Below, piece after piece: positions 29,960-39,890 of a DNA stretch of 64,000 bases. Source of the DNA: Oscillospiraceae bacterium. Lineage in GTDB: Bacteria > Bacillota > Clostridia > Oscillospirales > Ruminococcaceae. The translations under genes were made by a program, and so were the position numbers. Each line of letters starts with the position of its first letter. Positions within the stretch are counted from its first letter, which is position 1. Below the pieces are notes generated by a model. The model saw nothing but the letters and a program-made list of their open reading frames with translations, ran no database searches and had not been told where the DNA came from. The stretch lies in contig JAFSFT010000031.1 of NCBI GenBank assembly GCA_017435045.1, positions 15,274 to 79,273 of the forward strand, in the 5' to 3' direction.

Positions 29960-30625
29960 ATGGAAAAGAAAAAAATCCCCCAGATTGAAAGCCGATTAAG
30001 ACACAATATCCTTGAGATGCCCAAATCTGCCTACAAGGCATCGGGTATTCTCATCTACGGCAAACGCATAAAAACTCTGGTTTTCACCACCGACATCGCT
30101 ATCATACGCAACTGCGATGCCGATGCCGTACTGGCAGTATACCCGTTTACACCCCAGCAGATTATAGCGGACAGCATAATCAAAGCGGCAGATATGCCTG
30201 TTTTCTGTGGTGTGGGCGGCGGCATAACCAACGGTATGAGAACAGTTAACCTTGCCAAGGATGCCGAGCATTCGGGTGCTATGGGTGTTGTTATGAACGC
30301 ACCGATTTCCAACGATAATATCAAGATGGTTTTTGACGAAATCGACGCACCTATCGTTGTTACCGTTACAAGCGAAAACACCGATATTGCAGCCCGTCTG
30401 GAGGCAGGCGTATCCATCCTCAATGTTGCCTGCGGCAAGGATACCCCAAAGGTTGTACGCAAAATCCGCCAGCAGTTCCCCGATGTGCCGATTATGGCGT
30501 CGGGCGGAAACACCGAGGAGCTTATAGCCGAAACTGTAGAGGCAGGTGCAAACGCCATTACCTACACACCGCCATCAACCTATGACCTGTTCAAAAAGAT
30601 AATGGTCAAATACCGTGACGGCTGA
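29960..30625 (+). CDS. Hypothetical protein, probably a phosphate-binding (beta/alpha)8-barrel
   Basis: 221 aa. Alternating beta/alpha pattern with VFCGVGGG and IMASGGNTEELIAETVEAGANAI. The family is not confidently recognised. Confidence 0.5.
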   Translation: MEKKKIPQIESRLRHNILEMPKSAYKASGILIYGKRIKTLVFTTDIAIIRNCDADAVLAVYPFTPQQIIADSIIKAADMPVFCGVGGGITNGMRTVNLAKDAEHSGAMGVVMNAPISNDNIKMVFDEIDAPIVVTVTSENTDIAARLEAGVSILNVACGKDTPKVVRKIRQQFPDVPIMASGGNTEELIAETVEAGANAITYTPPSTYDLFKKIMVKYRDG

Positions 30626-30653
30626 TACAGTATTGAATGTAATATAATAAAAA

Positions 30654-30688
30654 GACTCTGAAGCACTGTGGTGTTTCAGAGTTTTTTC
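30654..30688. terminator. Terminator between convergent genes
   Basis: GACTCTGAA ... TTCAGAGT followed by TTTTT. Confidence 0.6.
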
Positions 30689-30700
30689 ATATATGCATAT

Positions 30701-32188
30701 TTAAGTAAAGTTCAGTATAAATCTGCTGTGCTTGCCTGTTTCGGCATTCAGAGCCTCAAAGCCCATACTTTCCGCAAGGGTGGGCACATCGGAGAACAGA
30801 TTGGTGCCGAGGGCAAGTCTGTCGCCCTCAATTTCATACCCCATAGCGGCAAGGGTAGTAGGGAATATATCCAGCTGTGTATAGGTACGCATAACAGCTT
30901 TGTCCTGCTTTACGGCACTGTTTACAAAGGTCAGATATGTGGTGCGTTCGTAAGCTGTCATCTCCGCGGGGAAAACTTTGTCCATTCTCGGATGGTCGCC
31001 TGCAACGACGATGGTGGTGTCTTCATAAAAATCCTGCTCTCTGCACCAGCTGATAAATTCAGCAGCCTGACAGTCGGCGCATTTTATAACATTGGCAGAC
31101 GGATTTTCGTATTCATCGCTGCACAGCTGACACAGATATCCTTTTGGAAAATGAGTGTCAACCGTAAGCACCGTAAAGCTGAAAGGCTCATTCTCTGCTG
31201 CCGCAGCGGAAATTTTGTCCTTTGCAATTTCGTACAGCTTTGCGTCCTCAATGCCCCACCACACACGGTAATCCTCTGCAACATAACCTTCGCTTCTTGC
31301 AGTGGAAAGGTCGTAGATTGTCATATCGCCGTGGGATTTGTAATAGTCGCTGCGTCCGCCAAAATAAGCATCCGAGCCGCACAGATAATACTGGCTGTAC
31401 CCATTTTTGTCCAGCACGTCATAAAGGGTGGTTATGTCAGAGGCAAACTCTCCGTCGGCCTGCTTTAAACGGGTGTAATATGGTATGCCTGCAGTAGAGG
31501 AGAACAGTGCACCAGAGGTCCAGCTGCTGCCTGCAGTACTGTGGAATCCTCCAAGCAGTCCGTTTTCGGAAAAGTTGGTTTCTTCCACTGCAAGCTGTGT
31601 AAGATGTGGGATATAGTTATGTTCCTGCTTGCCGCCCGCTTCAATGGAAGCATAGGTGGTTTCCATACTCTCAATGTAAAGGTAGATAAGGTTTCGTTTT
31701 TCGCCTGTTGGGGTTATATCTACGCTGTCGGGGTCAACGTACTGTTCCTCAAAGATAGAGGTTGTCTGTGCCTTGAGGAAAATGTAGTCGGTGGCATGGA
31801 ATATGCTGTCTGCATATACAAGGCCCGCAGCCAAAAGAGCAATCCCGATGCACAGAAAGGTATTGTCAAAAAATCTTTTTGCATTAAAGTTTTTGCCTTT
31901 TGCAGAAAAACGGCGGGAAACTCTGTCAGCAATTTTAAGTCTGGAGTACAGCACTGCAGCGGCAACAAACAGTGCGGAAAGTGAGAATACCGGCACAAAA
32001 CAGGCCCTAAAGCCGTTCTGCACAGCGGTGGTGTCGGTACCCTGCAAAGGAGAGGTAACGGTTATAAAAACCTCCTCAAACTGAGAATAAAAGTTTTCTG
32101 CGTACCAGCCGCACACCACAAGAATAAGTATGCCGCACACCGCAAGTATGCAGGCGGCGTGCAGTTTTGTAAATCTGTGTTTTTTCAT
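30701..32188 (-). CDS. LTA synthase family (LtaS-like) sulfatase/phosphoglycerol transferase
   Basis: Start moved to MKKHRFTKLHAACILAV. Five N-terminal TM segments, then an extracellular sulfatase-type domain (IYLYIESMETTY, HSTAGSSWTSGALFS, VAGDHPRMD). Confidence 0.8.
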   Translation of the reverse strand: MKKHRFTKLHAACILAVCGILILVVCGWYAENFYSQFEEVFITVTSPLQGTDTTAVQNGFRACFVPVFSLSALFVAAAVLYSRLKIADRVSRRFSAKGKNFNAKRFFDNTFLCIGIALLAAGLVYADSIFHATDYIFLKAQTTSIFEEQYVDPDSVDITPTGEKRNLIYLYIESMETTYASIEAGGKQEHNYIPHLTQLAVEETNFSENGLLGGFHSTAGSSWTSGALFSSTAGIPYYTRLKQADGEFASDITTLYDVLDKNGYSQYYLCGSDAYFGGRSDYYKSHGDMTIYDLSTARSEGYVAEDYRVWWGIEDAKLYEIAKDKISAAAAENEPFSFTVLTVDTHFPKGYLCQLCSDEYENPSANVIKCADCQAAEFISWCREQDFYEDTTIVVAGDHPRMDKVFPAEMTAYERTTYLTFVNSAVKQDKAVMRTYTQLDIFPTTLAAMGYEIEGDRLALGTNLFSDVPTLAESMGFEALNAETGKHSRFILNFT

Positions 32189-32392
32189 AGATAAAATATT
32201 GGACGGTATAAAGTCCCGATATGTGTTTAATGTGGTTTTTGAATTTGTAATTATATATTTTATCTTCAAATGTGACAAAAGCAAGTAAATACTGTGAAAT
32301 GTCACCTGAAAATCAGAAAATTGTCCCCAAAGCATAAACGGCCTCTCTGCAAGGCAGAAAAGCCGTGGAAAATATAAAATTACTGTATACTG

Positions 32393-33052
32393 TCAGATAA
32401 TTCTGCAGCTTATCTCTGCATCGGGGCAAAGCACCTTTGCATATCTTTCAATGGTGGACATAACATTGGTGATTTCTTCGTGGGGCATATCTGGCGTGCC
32501 GAAAACGGGATACAGCACACAGCGGCTGTCGGGCTTTGCACTGGTACGCAGGTCGGTACCTGCAATAAGGCTGAAAACTATACCTTTGTCATCTCTGCCG
32601 CACAAATCGTTCGGATAGGTATGCAGTGTTTCCCGCAGTCCGTCAAAATCCTCACGGCAGTCGGAAATATAAAGCATCACATCACCTGCAATGCAACCGG
32701 CATCGTGTGTACCGGACAGGGCAAAGGTGGTAAGTTCTGCAAGGAAAGCAACCTCGGATACGGGATTAAAAGCAGGAAACGGACGTCCTTTCAGCACCGC
32801 AGATTCAAACTGCAGCATTACGGGATAAGTTTTCTTGAATTTTTTAAAATATCGGTAATACGGATTGTCACCCCACATTGCCTTTCGGTCATAGCTTTCG
32901 GCAGGGTATTTTTCTTTAAGTGCGGCAATCTCGCTTTCGGCAAGCCTGCGGAAATCATCCACACAGAGTTTATCGGCAGAAAAACGCACAAGCACAGCAC
33001 CAAAGGGGATGGATTTATTATTCAGTGATGAATGTTTTGAAAACGACAGCAT
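32393..33052 (-). CDS. Stand-alone B3/B4 domain protein (PheT B3/B4-like)
   Basis: 219 aa. YRYFKKFKKTYPVMLQFESAVLKGRPFPAFNPVSEVAFLAELTTFALSGTHD resembles the B3_4 tRNA-binding domain. Confidence 0.65.
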   Translation of the reverse strand: MLSFSKHSSLNNKSIPFGAVLVRFSADKLCVDDFRRLAESEIAALKEKYPAESYDRKAMWGDNPYYRYFKKFKKTYPVMLQFESAVLKGRPFPAFNPVSEVAFLAELTTFALSGTHDAGCIAGDVMLYISDCREDFDGLRETLHTYPNDLCGRDDKGIVFSLIAGTDLRTSAKPDSRCVLYPVFGTPDMPHEEITNVMSTIERYAKVLCPDAEISCRII

Positions 33053-33338
33053 ATCCTGCTCCTTATCTGCAATTACATCGTAAGGCCTATAAATAATGTA
33101 TTATAAATTATACAAATATAATAAATTGATTGCTTTATAAAATCAAGAACAATATAAAAATGCAGGTAAAGGACACCCGCAATCGTATTGTGTCCAATAA
33201 ATTAAAACACATAAAATAACGGGAATATGTTATTTTATTAACAGGAAAATGTATAAAAACTGGCATATTATGGACTTTTTGTGTAAAATATTAACAAAAT
33301 TATTCCCAAAATCTTAACAATATTATATGTCATAGGTG

Positions 33339-33367
33339 TTGAAAAAAATAAAGAAATGGAATATAAT
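33339..33367 (+). promoter_or_regulatory. Near-consensus sigma-A promoter upstream of the giant gene
   Basis: TTGAAA (33339-33344), a 17-nt spacer, then TATAAT (33362-33367). It sits ~185 nt upstream of the ATG at 33551, inside a 498-bp AT-rich intergenic region. Confidence 0.6.
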
Positions 33368-33550
33368 GAAACATATATTGGATAACTGTAAGTTGGGGCA
33401 GTATCGGAACAGGTTGTGAAAGATTTGTGAAAAGCAGTGCTGACCATATATACAGTTTAATGGCCTTGTATATTCTTCATAAATCGATGATTAAAGTTGA
33501 TTTATGTTTAATATAAATATCATATAATAATTTTAAAGAAAGGAAATGTA

Positions 33551-36500
33551 ATGTTTTTGAAAAAGAGAAGATTACTGGCGGCAGTTGTTGCCCTGGCAAT
33601 GGTTGTAAATGCATACACACCTGTATTTGCAGCAATTCCGGACAAAGCAGTAACTGACCCCTACAGCATGACAGAAGGCGAACTTGTTGCACACGCATAC
33701 GACGAACTTTCTGAAGCTGAAAAAAACCTGCTTAAAGACGGCGAAGTAACAGTTGGTAAAACATACCCTATTACAAGACCGGCAAGCAGCGATAATCTGG
33801 TAGCAATCAACCAGGAAGCAAAGACAATCAAAGCAGACAGCTTTGAAAATGGCGAGCTTACATGGGTACCGGTATCTGCAGTTCTCACAGAGGACGGCAG
33901 TGCAACAGAAAATGTTGCTCTTGATGCAGAAGGCAACGGCACATTTGCTTCTACAGCAGACAACTATTCTGTAACTGTAAAGTACGCACTGTCTGTTGAT
34001 GTTGACGAAGCTTTGCAGACATCTATGGTTAAAACACCTGGATATCTTAAAGACGCTGTTGACAACCTTAAAGCTGTTGAAGCTAAAGAAACTGTAATCA
34101 AAGAATTCCAGGAAGAAATTCCAACTTTGTACAGTCTCGCAACAGAAGGCGTTCAGACTCCGCTTTCAAAGGTTAAATTCTTCCAGAAGAACAAACAGCC
34201 AATGCAGGAAATTCTGGACCTTAAAGCAGAATACGATGCAAACGGCGGCAAGCTTGATGTATTTAAAATGCTCCAGGATTACAAAGCTATCGGCACAGAC
34301 ACATCTGCAAAACTGGAATACCTTCTGGCAGGCAACAGAGTTGACAACGCAATGGTTTCACTTTATGAAAAAGTGACTGCATTGCAGGAAAACTTTGATG
34401 GTCTTTATGACCTTATCAAAGATCAGGACCTGATTGAAGATGCAACTGACATGGCTACACTTACAACAGCTCACGATGCATTTGCACTTCTTGTTGAAGC
34501 TCTCAGCCCTGTTGCAACAAAAGGCGAATGGGCAATCTTTACAGAAGACCTTGCTCTTGTTGACAATGTTGACACAGACAAACTTGCTGTTTATGTTGAT
34601 GCACTCGATGCACCTACAGGCGGCAGCGTAACAGTTGCAAAAACAATTGAAGTTGAAACAGTTGATGTTGAAGCTGCAGTTAACCTTGTAAATGTTACAA
34701 TCAAAGTTACAGGTAAAAAAGCAAACGGCGTTGCAGGCAGCAAAGACTTCGCAGCTATGCCTGAATACACAGCTGTTGTAAAAGTTTCCAAAGGCACAGC
34801 AAAAGCTGAATACATTGCAAAAGCTGTAGCAACAGGTAAAGAAGCAGAAGCTGTTGCAGCTTGGGGCATTGATGCAGCACACTTTAACGTTGTAACAAAT
34901 GAAGCTGAACTTCCAGCAGCTACTGTTGAAGGCGAAGACCTCGTTTATACAATCGAATATTCACCAAAAGAATATAAAATCACAGAAGATTGGTCCGGCG
35001 GTAAAGAAGTTGACGTACATTACGGTTACATCTACGAATTCCCAGACCACACAAATCCGGAACAGGCTTACATCTATACAGTAAGCGGTAACAAATACGA
35101 ACAGCACGAAACATACACTGTTGAAGGCGATGTAACTGTTACAAGAGTTGCAGACAAAGCTAAATTGCCATTCGCATGGAACAAAATTGTTTCTGACAGC
35201 GTAAGCAGCCTGTCTGCAAAAGAAAAAGCAATCCTTGCAAGTGATGCTATCGACCACGGCTCTATCAGAGTTAAGGTTCCTGCAGCAGATGCTAACAACC
35301 CACTTGCAACTGCTAATATTACAGAAAAAACTGTAACAGCAAAAACATACGATGCAGGCTACGAAAACAGAGTATGGGTACCGGAAACAGTATATGTTGA
35401 CGGTGTAAAAGCAGGCACATTTGCTGAAGATGGCGATGCTTACAAAGCAACATACACAGGCGATGGTACAAAGATTGAAGTTGGCTATGTTCTCGTAGTT
35501 GAAAATGCTGAAGGCGAAGCTATTGCAAACCTTCCACACACACTTTCTGAAGAAGCAAAAGATCAGAAAGAAGCCCTTGATGACCTTTACGGTTACAAAG
35601 GCACAATCGAAAGCAACGTAACATACCTCTCTATCGTTGACCTTGTTATCAACGGCACAAGCTACAACTTTACACAGTCTGTTAAAGATGCTTATGCAAA
35701 CCTTACAAAATATGGTATGACAGGCAGTGGCGACACAGCTAAGATGAACCTTGCAACAGAACTTGGTTACTACCATGACCAGGGTCTTGCATACTACTAC
35801 ACAGGCGGCGATGAAAAAATCGCATACCAGGTAGAACTTCTTGAAGACTTCTGTGTAGAACTTATTGATGACGGCGCTAACGAAGCTGAACTGGTAAAAG
35901 CTCTTGGCAACTACAGCGGTCTGCTTGATGCACAGGGCATGACAGTTGACGAAGTTGTTGGCAAGTTCGACAGCATCCTCGGCTTCCTTGCAGCTTACAA
36001 CCCACCTGCACCAAATGCAGCAATCGACGCAGACGCTAACGTTGCAGGCCTTGCAGCAGCACTTGTAGCAGAAGGCACAACAAGCAGCGGTCACAATGTA
36101 GAAAGACTCTATCTCTCTGCAAAAGTTGCAGCAGAAGTTGCAGGTAAAGCAACAGTAACATTTATCGAATACACAAATGGTGCAGAAACAGGCAGAGAAA
36201 CATATGTAATCGAAGATGCAACAGTTGCTCTTACACAGGATGATTACAATAAAGCAATGGCTAAATGGAATGTGCTTGAAGCAGACAACGACCCCAAACA
36301 TTACACAATGACTGGCGAAGAAGTTGAAGGCACAGCACTTAAAGTTGGCGAAATCCCAGCAAGCTTTGTTACATATATCAGAAACTGGACACCTGTTTCC
36401 TATACAGTAAAAATTGAAGGCGAAACAGACAAAACATTTGTATTCAACGGCAGCAAATATACAATCAATCTTCCTGGGGCACCAGAAGGCAGTGGATTAC

Positions 36501-39500
36501 AGTACATCTATAATGTACCTGGTAAAGGCGAAATCACAGTTAATGAAGGCGATAGTTCTCCTGTGACATATACTGTTGATGAAATGGATGCAGTTTGTGA
36601 TGCTAACCGTGTGGTTACAATCACAAGAACAGCAAAAGATGTTTCCGTAATAGTATTTGATTCTCTTATCAGCACAATGAACAGCAATATGGCTGCAGCA
36701 GCAAATGGCGGCGAACTTGGTTTTGCATTTATGCCATTTGAAAAAGACGGCGACAATGCTGTTGTAATGCGTGTTGCTTACAAAGACGGCCTTGACGTAA
36801 TGGGCATTATGCAGGCACTTGGTACAGCGTTGGCTACTGGCTACTCCAATGCTGAAATAGGCGGTCACACAGTTTGGGATGGTGAGTTAAGCATTCAGGG
36901 CATGACAAATGCATTTATCGACGCAGGCTTTGGTATGGACAGCGTTGATAAAATCATTGATGACAACGGTAATATCATCAACCTCAAGCTTGATAATTAC
37001 ACATACCTCCTCAATGACGTAGAAAACTACGGCGGTGCTACACTTACAAAGGGCGCTCTTGGCGGCGAACTTATCAAAACAACTCTTACATATACAGATA
37101 AGGGTTATGGTGTAACAGATACAGTTGATTTCTACATCACACTTGCAACAGACAAAAACCTTGCAAAAGTTGACAAGGCACTTAACTGGGCAGCTAACTA
37201 TGCAAATATCAACTCTGTTGACGGTAAAGTTCAGATTGACATGAACATTCCGGAAGAAATCTATGCACTCTATATGACATACATGCTTGCAGAACAGGAA
37301 ATCACACTTGACACATTCAATGATGTTGAGCTGGAAACACTCCTCGGCTATGCAAAAGATGTTGCAGAACCTCTTATTGCAGACCTTGCAGCAGGCGAAA
37401 AATATGATGCAGACAGATTCTTTACAGAACTTGTTATTGAAAATACACTCAAACAGTATATGCCAGGCAACACAACAGACCTGTCCAGCTACGGCTCTGT
37501 TATGAAAAAAGGCGTTAAACTTGTTGACAAAGTTCTCACAGAAGTTAAACGTGACAGCGTAACTTACAATGGCGACTCCTGCTCCGTAACACTTACAGTT
37601 GAAGGTGTTAGAGATATGGTGGCAGGCTATGTTGGTGGAAATGGTGAATTTGTAAAAGACTTTATCGTTGATGAACCACTTACAGTTGACGTTAAACTTA
37701 CACTTGCCAACGTAAACACAGTTTACGAAGCATACGTAGTTGAAATCCCTGCAGATATGAAATCCGCAGAAGATATCAAAAACATTACAAAAGAAGATAT
37801 TAAAGGTCTCCTTAAACTTACAAGCGACCTTGAAGCAACCCTTAAAGCAGCTAAAGGTCCTGCACTTGTAGTATTGCTCGAAGATGCAAAACTTGACGAA
37901 GCTGTAACTCTTAACAGCGAATATATCGTTATCGACCTTAACGGTCACACAATCACAGGCGATATGACAGCAGCAGGCACAGCAATTGTTGTTGATGATA
38001 CACTCTCCACAGCAAATGCAGGCGGCGTTAAAGGCACACTCAGCGGCAACTTCAAACTCTTTGCAGGTAACTACACAAGTGTTGAAGATGCAATGATTCC
38101 GGAAGAGTATGAATTTGAAGACGGTTACGTTTCCAACAAATACTACTACCTCAAATCCACAGAAAACGAAGGTAAACTTGAAGAAGTTACAATCGTTCTC
38201 AAAGACGGCGTATTTGACCTTACAAAAGACGACCTCAAGAAAGGTCTTGTAGACACACTTGTTAGCTGTTCTGTTAACGCAGTTGTAAATGTAGCAGCTA
38301 ACCTTTACGGCTACAACACAGCAGAAGTTAACGGCACATGGCTCTACTCCTTCGGTGACAAGAATGTTATCGATATGGTAAATGTTGCTAAGGGCGGCAA
38401 AAATGCAATTATCAACGAAATTCTCGGTTATGTAAACCCAACAGCAGTTGAAGAAATTGCAAACAGCGTTCTTGCTGCATTTGTTGGCGAAAACGCTATC
38501 GTAAACGCTGCAGCAGCAGATACACTCTACTCCTGCAACCTTACACTCTCTCCTTGGGATATCCTCTACTCCATCGAAGGCGGCACATCTGATGATGCAT
38601 ACTTCAATGTAGCATACGCAGGCGACAAGGATAATCAGGTAAATGTAAAACTCTCCTTTGCTATGGAAGAACAGCTCGATGCTCTCCTTACAGCAATCGG
38701 CGAAGTTGTTACAATCAACGCAGCAAAAGTTGACCTCCCTGATGAACTCACATACAGCGGCGGCAAGTCCCTCTCATCCTTCGGCATCAGCCGTGATGAC
38801 TTCGGCGGCGAAATTGATGTAGTTGTTGACTTTACAAAAGATACAAACTACGCAATCATCCTTGCAGCAGTTCTTGCTAATGCAGGCGACAAAGCAGCAT
38901 ACTCCAGTGCTGTAAACAACCTTATCGACAACGGCTCACAGGCAGAACTTAAGAGCCTTATCGACAAAACAACAGTTGCAGGTCTTATCGATGCTCTCGA
39001 AAAAGCAAACGGCAAGTCCTTCGCAGCAATGCTTGGTGCACTCAACATCAATGATGCAGCAAGAGTTGAAGAAATCAAAACTCTTGAAGCTAAATACTCC
39101 GACATTCTCAAAGCAATCTACCTTGTATTTGATTATGTAGACCTTACAGGTCCTGCTACAAAACTTGGCAGCGTTGAAACAGAATTTGGTGTATACTACA
39201 AAGAAGCTAAGAAATACAACATTGATGGTAAAGCAACAGTTAAACTGTTTACAAACAAAGCAGAAATCGTTTCCGTAACACCTGTTATCGATATGGCAGG
39301 CGATGCATTCTACGGCTTCCAGTTTGACGAAAAAGAAAATCTCCTTATCGTTGACACAGTTGTTGAAGGCATTACAGAAGCAGACCTTAAAGCTCTTGTA
39401 CAGTACACAGTAAACGAAGCAACAACAGACCACAGTCTCACAGTTGCAGCAGAAGACCTCAAAGACGGCAAAGTTATCAACGGTGCTAAACTTACAATCA

Positions 39501-39805
39501 GAGCTTGGAACGACATCAGCGAAGATGAAAGAGAATACACAGTTATTGTTCTTGGCGATACAAACTCCAGCGGTAAGATTGAAGTAGGCGACGCAACAAG
39601 AATTGCAAGACACAAACTTGGCCAGCTTACAACACCAATGACAGACGTTCAGCTTCTTGCAGCTGATACAAACATGGACGGCGACATCAACGTTGGCGAC
39701 CCAGTTAAGATCAGTGTAAAATGGATGTGCGCAACAAGTGATGAATACCTTGTAACATATCCTGACGGTTACAACACAGCACTGACAAACAAAATCATTA
39801 AATAA
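33551..39805 (+). CDS. Giant secreted protein (2084 aa) with a C-terminal dockerin
   Basis: Signal peptide MFLKKRRLLAAVVALAMVVNAYTPVFA. Very strongly biased codon usage. Internal IVIDLNGHTITGD module (~37930-37965). Dockerin at the C-terminus. No LPXTG. Confidence 0.9.
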   Translation: MFLKKRRLLAAVVALAMVVNAYTPVFAAIPDKAVTDPYSMTEGELVAHAYDELSEAEKNLLKDGEVTVGKTYPITRPASSDNLVAINQEAKTIKADSFENGELTWVPVSAVLTEDGSATENVALDAEGNGTFASTADNYSVTVKYALSVDVDEALQTSMVKTPGYLKDAVDNLKAVEAKETVIKEFQEEIPTLYSLATEGVQTPLSKVKFFQKNKQPMQEILDLKAEYDANGGKLDVFKMLQDYKAIGTDTSAKLEYLLAGNRVDNAMVSLYEKVTALQENFDGLYDLIKDQDLIEDATDMATLTTAHDAFALLVEALSPVATKGEWAIFTEDLALVDNVDTDKLAVYVDALDAPTGGSVTVAKTIEVETVDVEAAVNLVNVTIKVTGKKANGVAGSKDFAAMPEYTAVVKVSKGTAKAEYIAKAVATGKEAEAVAAWGIDAAHFNVVTNEAELPAATVEGEDLVYTIEYSPKEYKITEDWSGGKEVDVHYGYIYEFPDHTNPEQAYIYTVSGNKYEQHETYTVEGDVTVTRVADKAKLPFAWNKIVSDSVSSLSAKEKAILASDAIDHGSIRVKVPAADANNPLATANITEKTVTAKTYDAGYENRVWVPETVYVDGVKAGTFAEDGDAYKATYTGDGTKIEVGYVLVVENAEGEAIANLPHTLSEEAKDQKEALDDLYGYKGTIESNVTYLSIVDLVINGTSYNFTQSVKDAYANLTKYGMTGSGDTAKMNLATELGYYHDQGLAYYYTGGDEKIAYQVELLEDFCVELIDDGANEAELVKALGNYSGLLDAQGMTVDEVVGKFDSILGFLAAYNPPAPNAAIDADANVAGLAAALVAEGTTSSGHNVERLYLSAKVAAEVAGKATVTFIEYTNGAETGRETYVIEDATVALTQDDYNKAMAKWNVLEADNDPKHYTMTGEEVEGTALKVGEIPASFVTYIRNWTPVSYTVKIEGETDKTFVFNGSKYTINLPGAPEGSGLQYIYNVPGKGEITVNEGDSSPVTYTVDEMDAVCDANRVVTITRTAKDVSVIVFDSLISTMNSNMAAAANGGELGFAFMPFEKDGDNAVVMRVAYKDGLDVMGIMQALGTALATGYSNAEIGGHTVWDGELSIQGMTNAFIDAGFGMDSVDKIIDDNGNIINLKLDNYTYLLNDVENYGGATLTKGALGGELIKTTLTYTDKGYGVTDTVDFYITLATDKNLAKVDKALNWAANYANINSVDGKVQIDMNIPEEIYALYMTYMLAEQEITLDTFNDVELETLLGYAKDVAEPLIADLAAGEKYDADRFFTELVIENTLKQYMPGNTTDLSSYGSVMKKGVKLVDKVLTEVKRDSVTYNGDSCSVTLTVEGVRDMVAGYVGGNGEFVKDFIVDEPLTVDVKLTLANVNTVYEAYVVEIPADMKSAEDIKNITKEDIKGLLKLTSDLEATLKAAKGPALVVLLEDAKLDEAVTLNSEYIVIDLNGHTITGDMTAAGTAIVVDDTLSTANAGGVKGTLSGNFKLFAGNYTSVEDAMIPEEYEFEDGYVSNKYYYLKSTENEGKLEEVTIVLKDGVFDLTKDDLKKGLVDTLVSCSVNAVVNVAANLYGYNTAEVNGTWLYSFGDKNVIDMVNVAKGGKNAIINEILGYVNPTAVEEIANSVLAAFVGENAIVNAAAADTLYSCNLTLSPWDILYSIEGGTSDDAYFNVAYAGDKDNQVNVKLSFAMEEQLDALLTAIGEVVTINAAKVDLPDELTYSGGKSLSSFGISRDDFGGEIDVVVDFTKDTNYAIILAAVLANAGDKAAYSSAVNNLIDNGSQAELKSLIDKTTVAGLIDALEKANGKSFAAMLGALNINDAARVEEIKTLEAKYSDILKAIYLVFDYVDLTGPATKLGSVETEFGVYYKEAKKYNIDGKATVKLFTNKAEIVSVTPVIDMAGDAFYGFQFDEKENLLIVDTVVEGITEADLKALVQYTVNEATTDHSLTVAAEDLKDGKVINGAKLTIRAWNDISEDEREYTVIVLGDTNSSGKIEVGDATRIARHKLGQLTTPMTDVQLLAADTNMDGDINVGDPVKISVKWMCATSDEYLVTYPDGYNTALTNKIIK
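39554..39728 (+). other. Dockerin module (two EF-hand-like Ca-binding repeats) within the giant protein
   Basis: GDTNSSGKIEVGDATRIARHKLG ... ADTNMDGDINVGDPVKISVKWM. Both loops fit D-x-N-x-[DS]-G-x-[IV]-x-x-x-D followed by a helix. Confidence 0.8.
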
Positions 39806-39823
39806 TTAACAGGCAAAGGAAAA

Positions 39824-39848
39824 GCGCCTTAAAGCTTTTTTAAGGCGC
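39824..39848 (+). other. Stem-loop between the giant gene and the cohesin-like gene (no 3' U-tract)
   Basis: GCGCCTTAA-agctttt-TTAAGGCGC. The downstream sequence is ggctcctgcc, so it is not a canonical terminator. Confidence 0.4.
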
Positions 39849-39890
39849 GGCTCCTGCCAAAACAGTTTTATAGTTTTTGAAAGGATAAGT

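Noticed and set aside
32336-32392. Weak hairpin CGGCCTCTCTGC/GCAGAAAAGCCG between the B3/B4 and LtaS-like genes, as a possible terminator.
   Set aside because: The stem has two mismatches and the U-tract on the minus strand is poor (tttatgcttt). That is not enough support to list it as a feature.
33368-33550. Possible c-di-GMP riboswitch in the leader of the giant gene, prompted by the HD-GYP/EAL gene downstream.
   Set aside because: I could not find the conserved GEMM-I or GEMM-II core sequences or a convincing paired architecture. The region is mostly AT-rich with only short hairpins. It needs a covariance-model scan before any claim.
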